Of a DNA stretch of 38,424 nt, positions 38,285-38,424 are shown piece after piece. A model generated the notes under the pieces. It was not told the origin of the DNA, searched no databases, and saw only the letters and a list, made by a program, of their open reading frames with translations. Made by a program: the position numbers and the translations under genes. This DNA is from Bacteroidota bacterium (lineage in GTDB: Bacteria; Bacteroidota; Bacteroidia; UKL13-3): assembly GCA_030699355.1 (NCBI GenBank), contig JAUYMZ010000407.1, forward strand, positions 1 to 38,424, given 5' to 3'. How positions within the stretch are numbered: position 1 is the stretch's first letter; the number at the start of each line of letters is the position of its first letter.

Positions 38285-38424
38285 TGTGGTCTCATGAAAT
38301 AAGTTTACATAAAGTTTGTTGAAAACTTTTAAAAAACAAGTAGATTTATGAGAAAATTTAAAAAAGTGAGGCGAACATTTAGCACAGAATTTAAGAAAGA
38401 AAAGGTAGGTCTTATTGAGCAAGG
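38285..38424 (+). mobile_element. Left end of an IS3-family element (putative IRL plus start of orfA; runs off the window)
   Basis: TG-initiated TGTGGTCTCATGAAATAAGTTTACA, followed by an orfA-like start at 38348. Confidence 0.65.
38348..38424 (+). CDS. Transposase OrfA N-terminus (partial)
   Basis: MRKFKKVRRTFSTEFKKEKVGLIEQG matches the RRxFSxEFK start of HTH_Tnp_1. Confidence 0.72.
   Translation, partial: MRKFKKVRRTFSTEFKKEKVGLIEQ

Noticed and set aside
1-38424. CRISPR arrays, tRNA or rRNA genes
   Set aside because: No regularly spaced repeats or RNA-gene signatures were seen, and the intergenic gaps are short and AT-rich.

Overview
AT-rich bacterial chromosome segment from a Bacteroidota member, supported by a T9SS cargo protein, fused ccoNO, the nadK-porG-uppS-bamA-skp-skp-murI block and TAnnTTTG promoters. 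The organism is probably aquatic. In order along the window: (1) the 3' end of a Crp/Fnr regulator, a USP-like gene and a complete cbb3 oxidase cluster (ccoI, S, NO, Q, P, G, H, DsbD_2-type), with two promoters of identical architecture, each with tandem FNR-like boxes; (2) housekeeping and envelope genes; (3) two divergent paralogous lipoproteins; (4) a two-gene phototrophy cassette on the minus strand, made of a DTE/Met proteorhodopsin with the fenestration Gly and one ORF fusing lycopene beta-cyclase (CrtY) to beta-carotene 15,15'-dioxygenase (Blh); (5) a wHTH regulator/DUF4173 unit with a shared palindromic operator; (6) a duplicated ORF6N gene carrying a 31-bp coding palindrome with compensatory changes, surrounded by inverted repeats; (7) fhs, DUF2339 plus partner, rocD and a T9SS protein; (8) a decayed ParB-like/HAD pair and the left end of an IS3-family element. 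The best candidates for novelty are the CrtY-Blh fusion with its rhodopsin and the ORF6N palindrome/duplication. Family calls come from motif recognition; no database searches were run.
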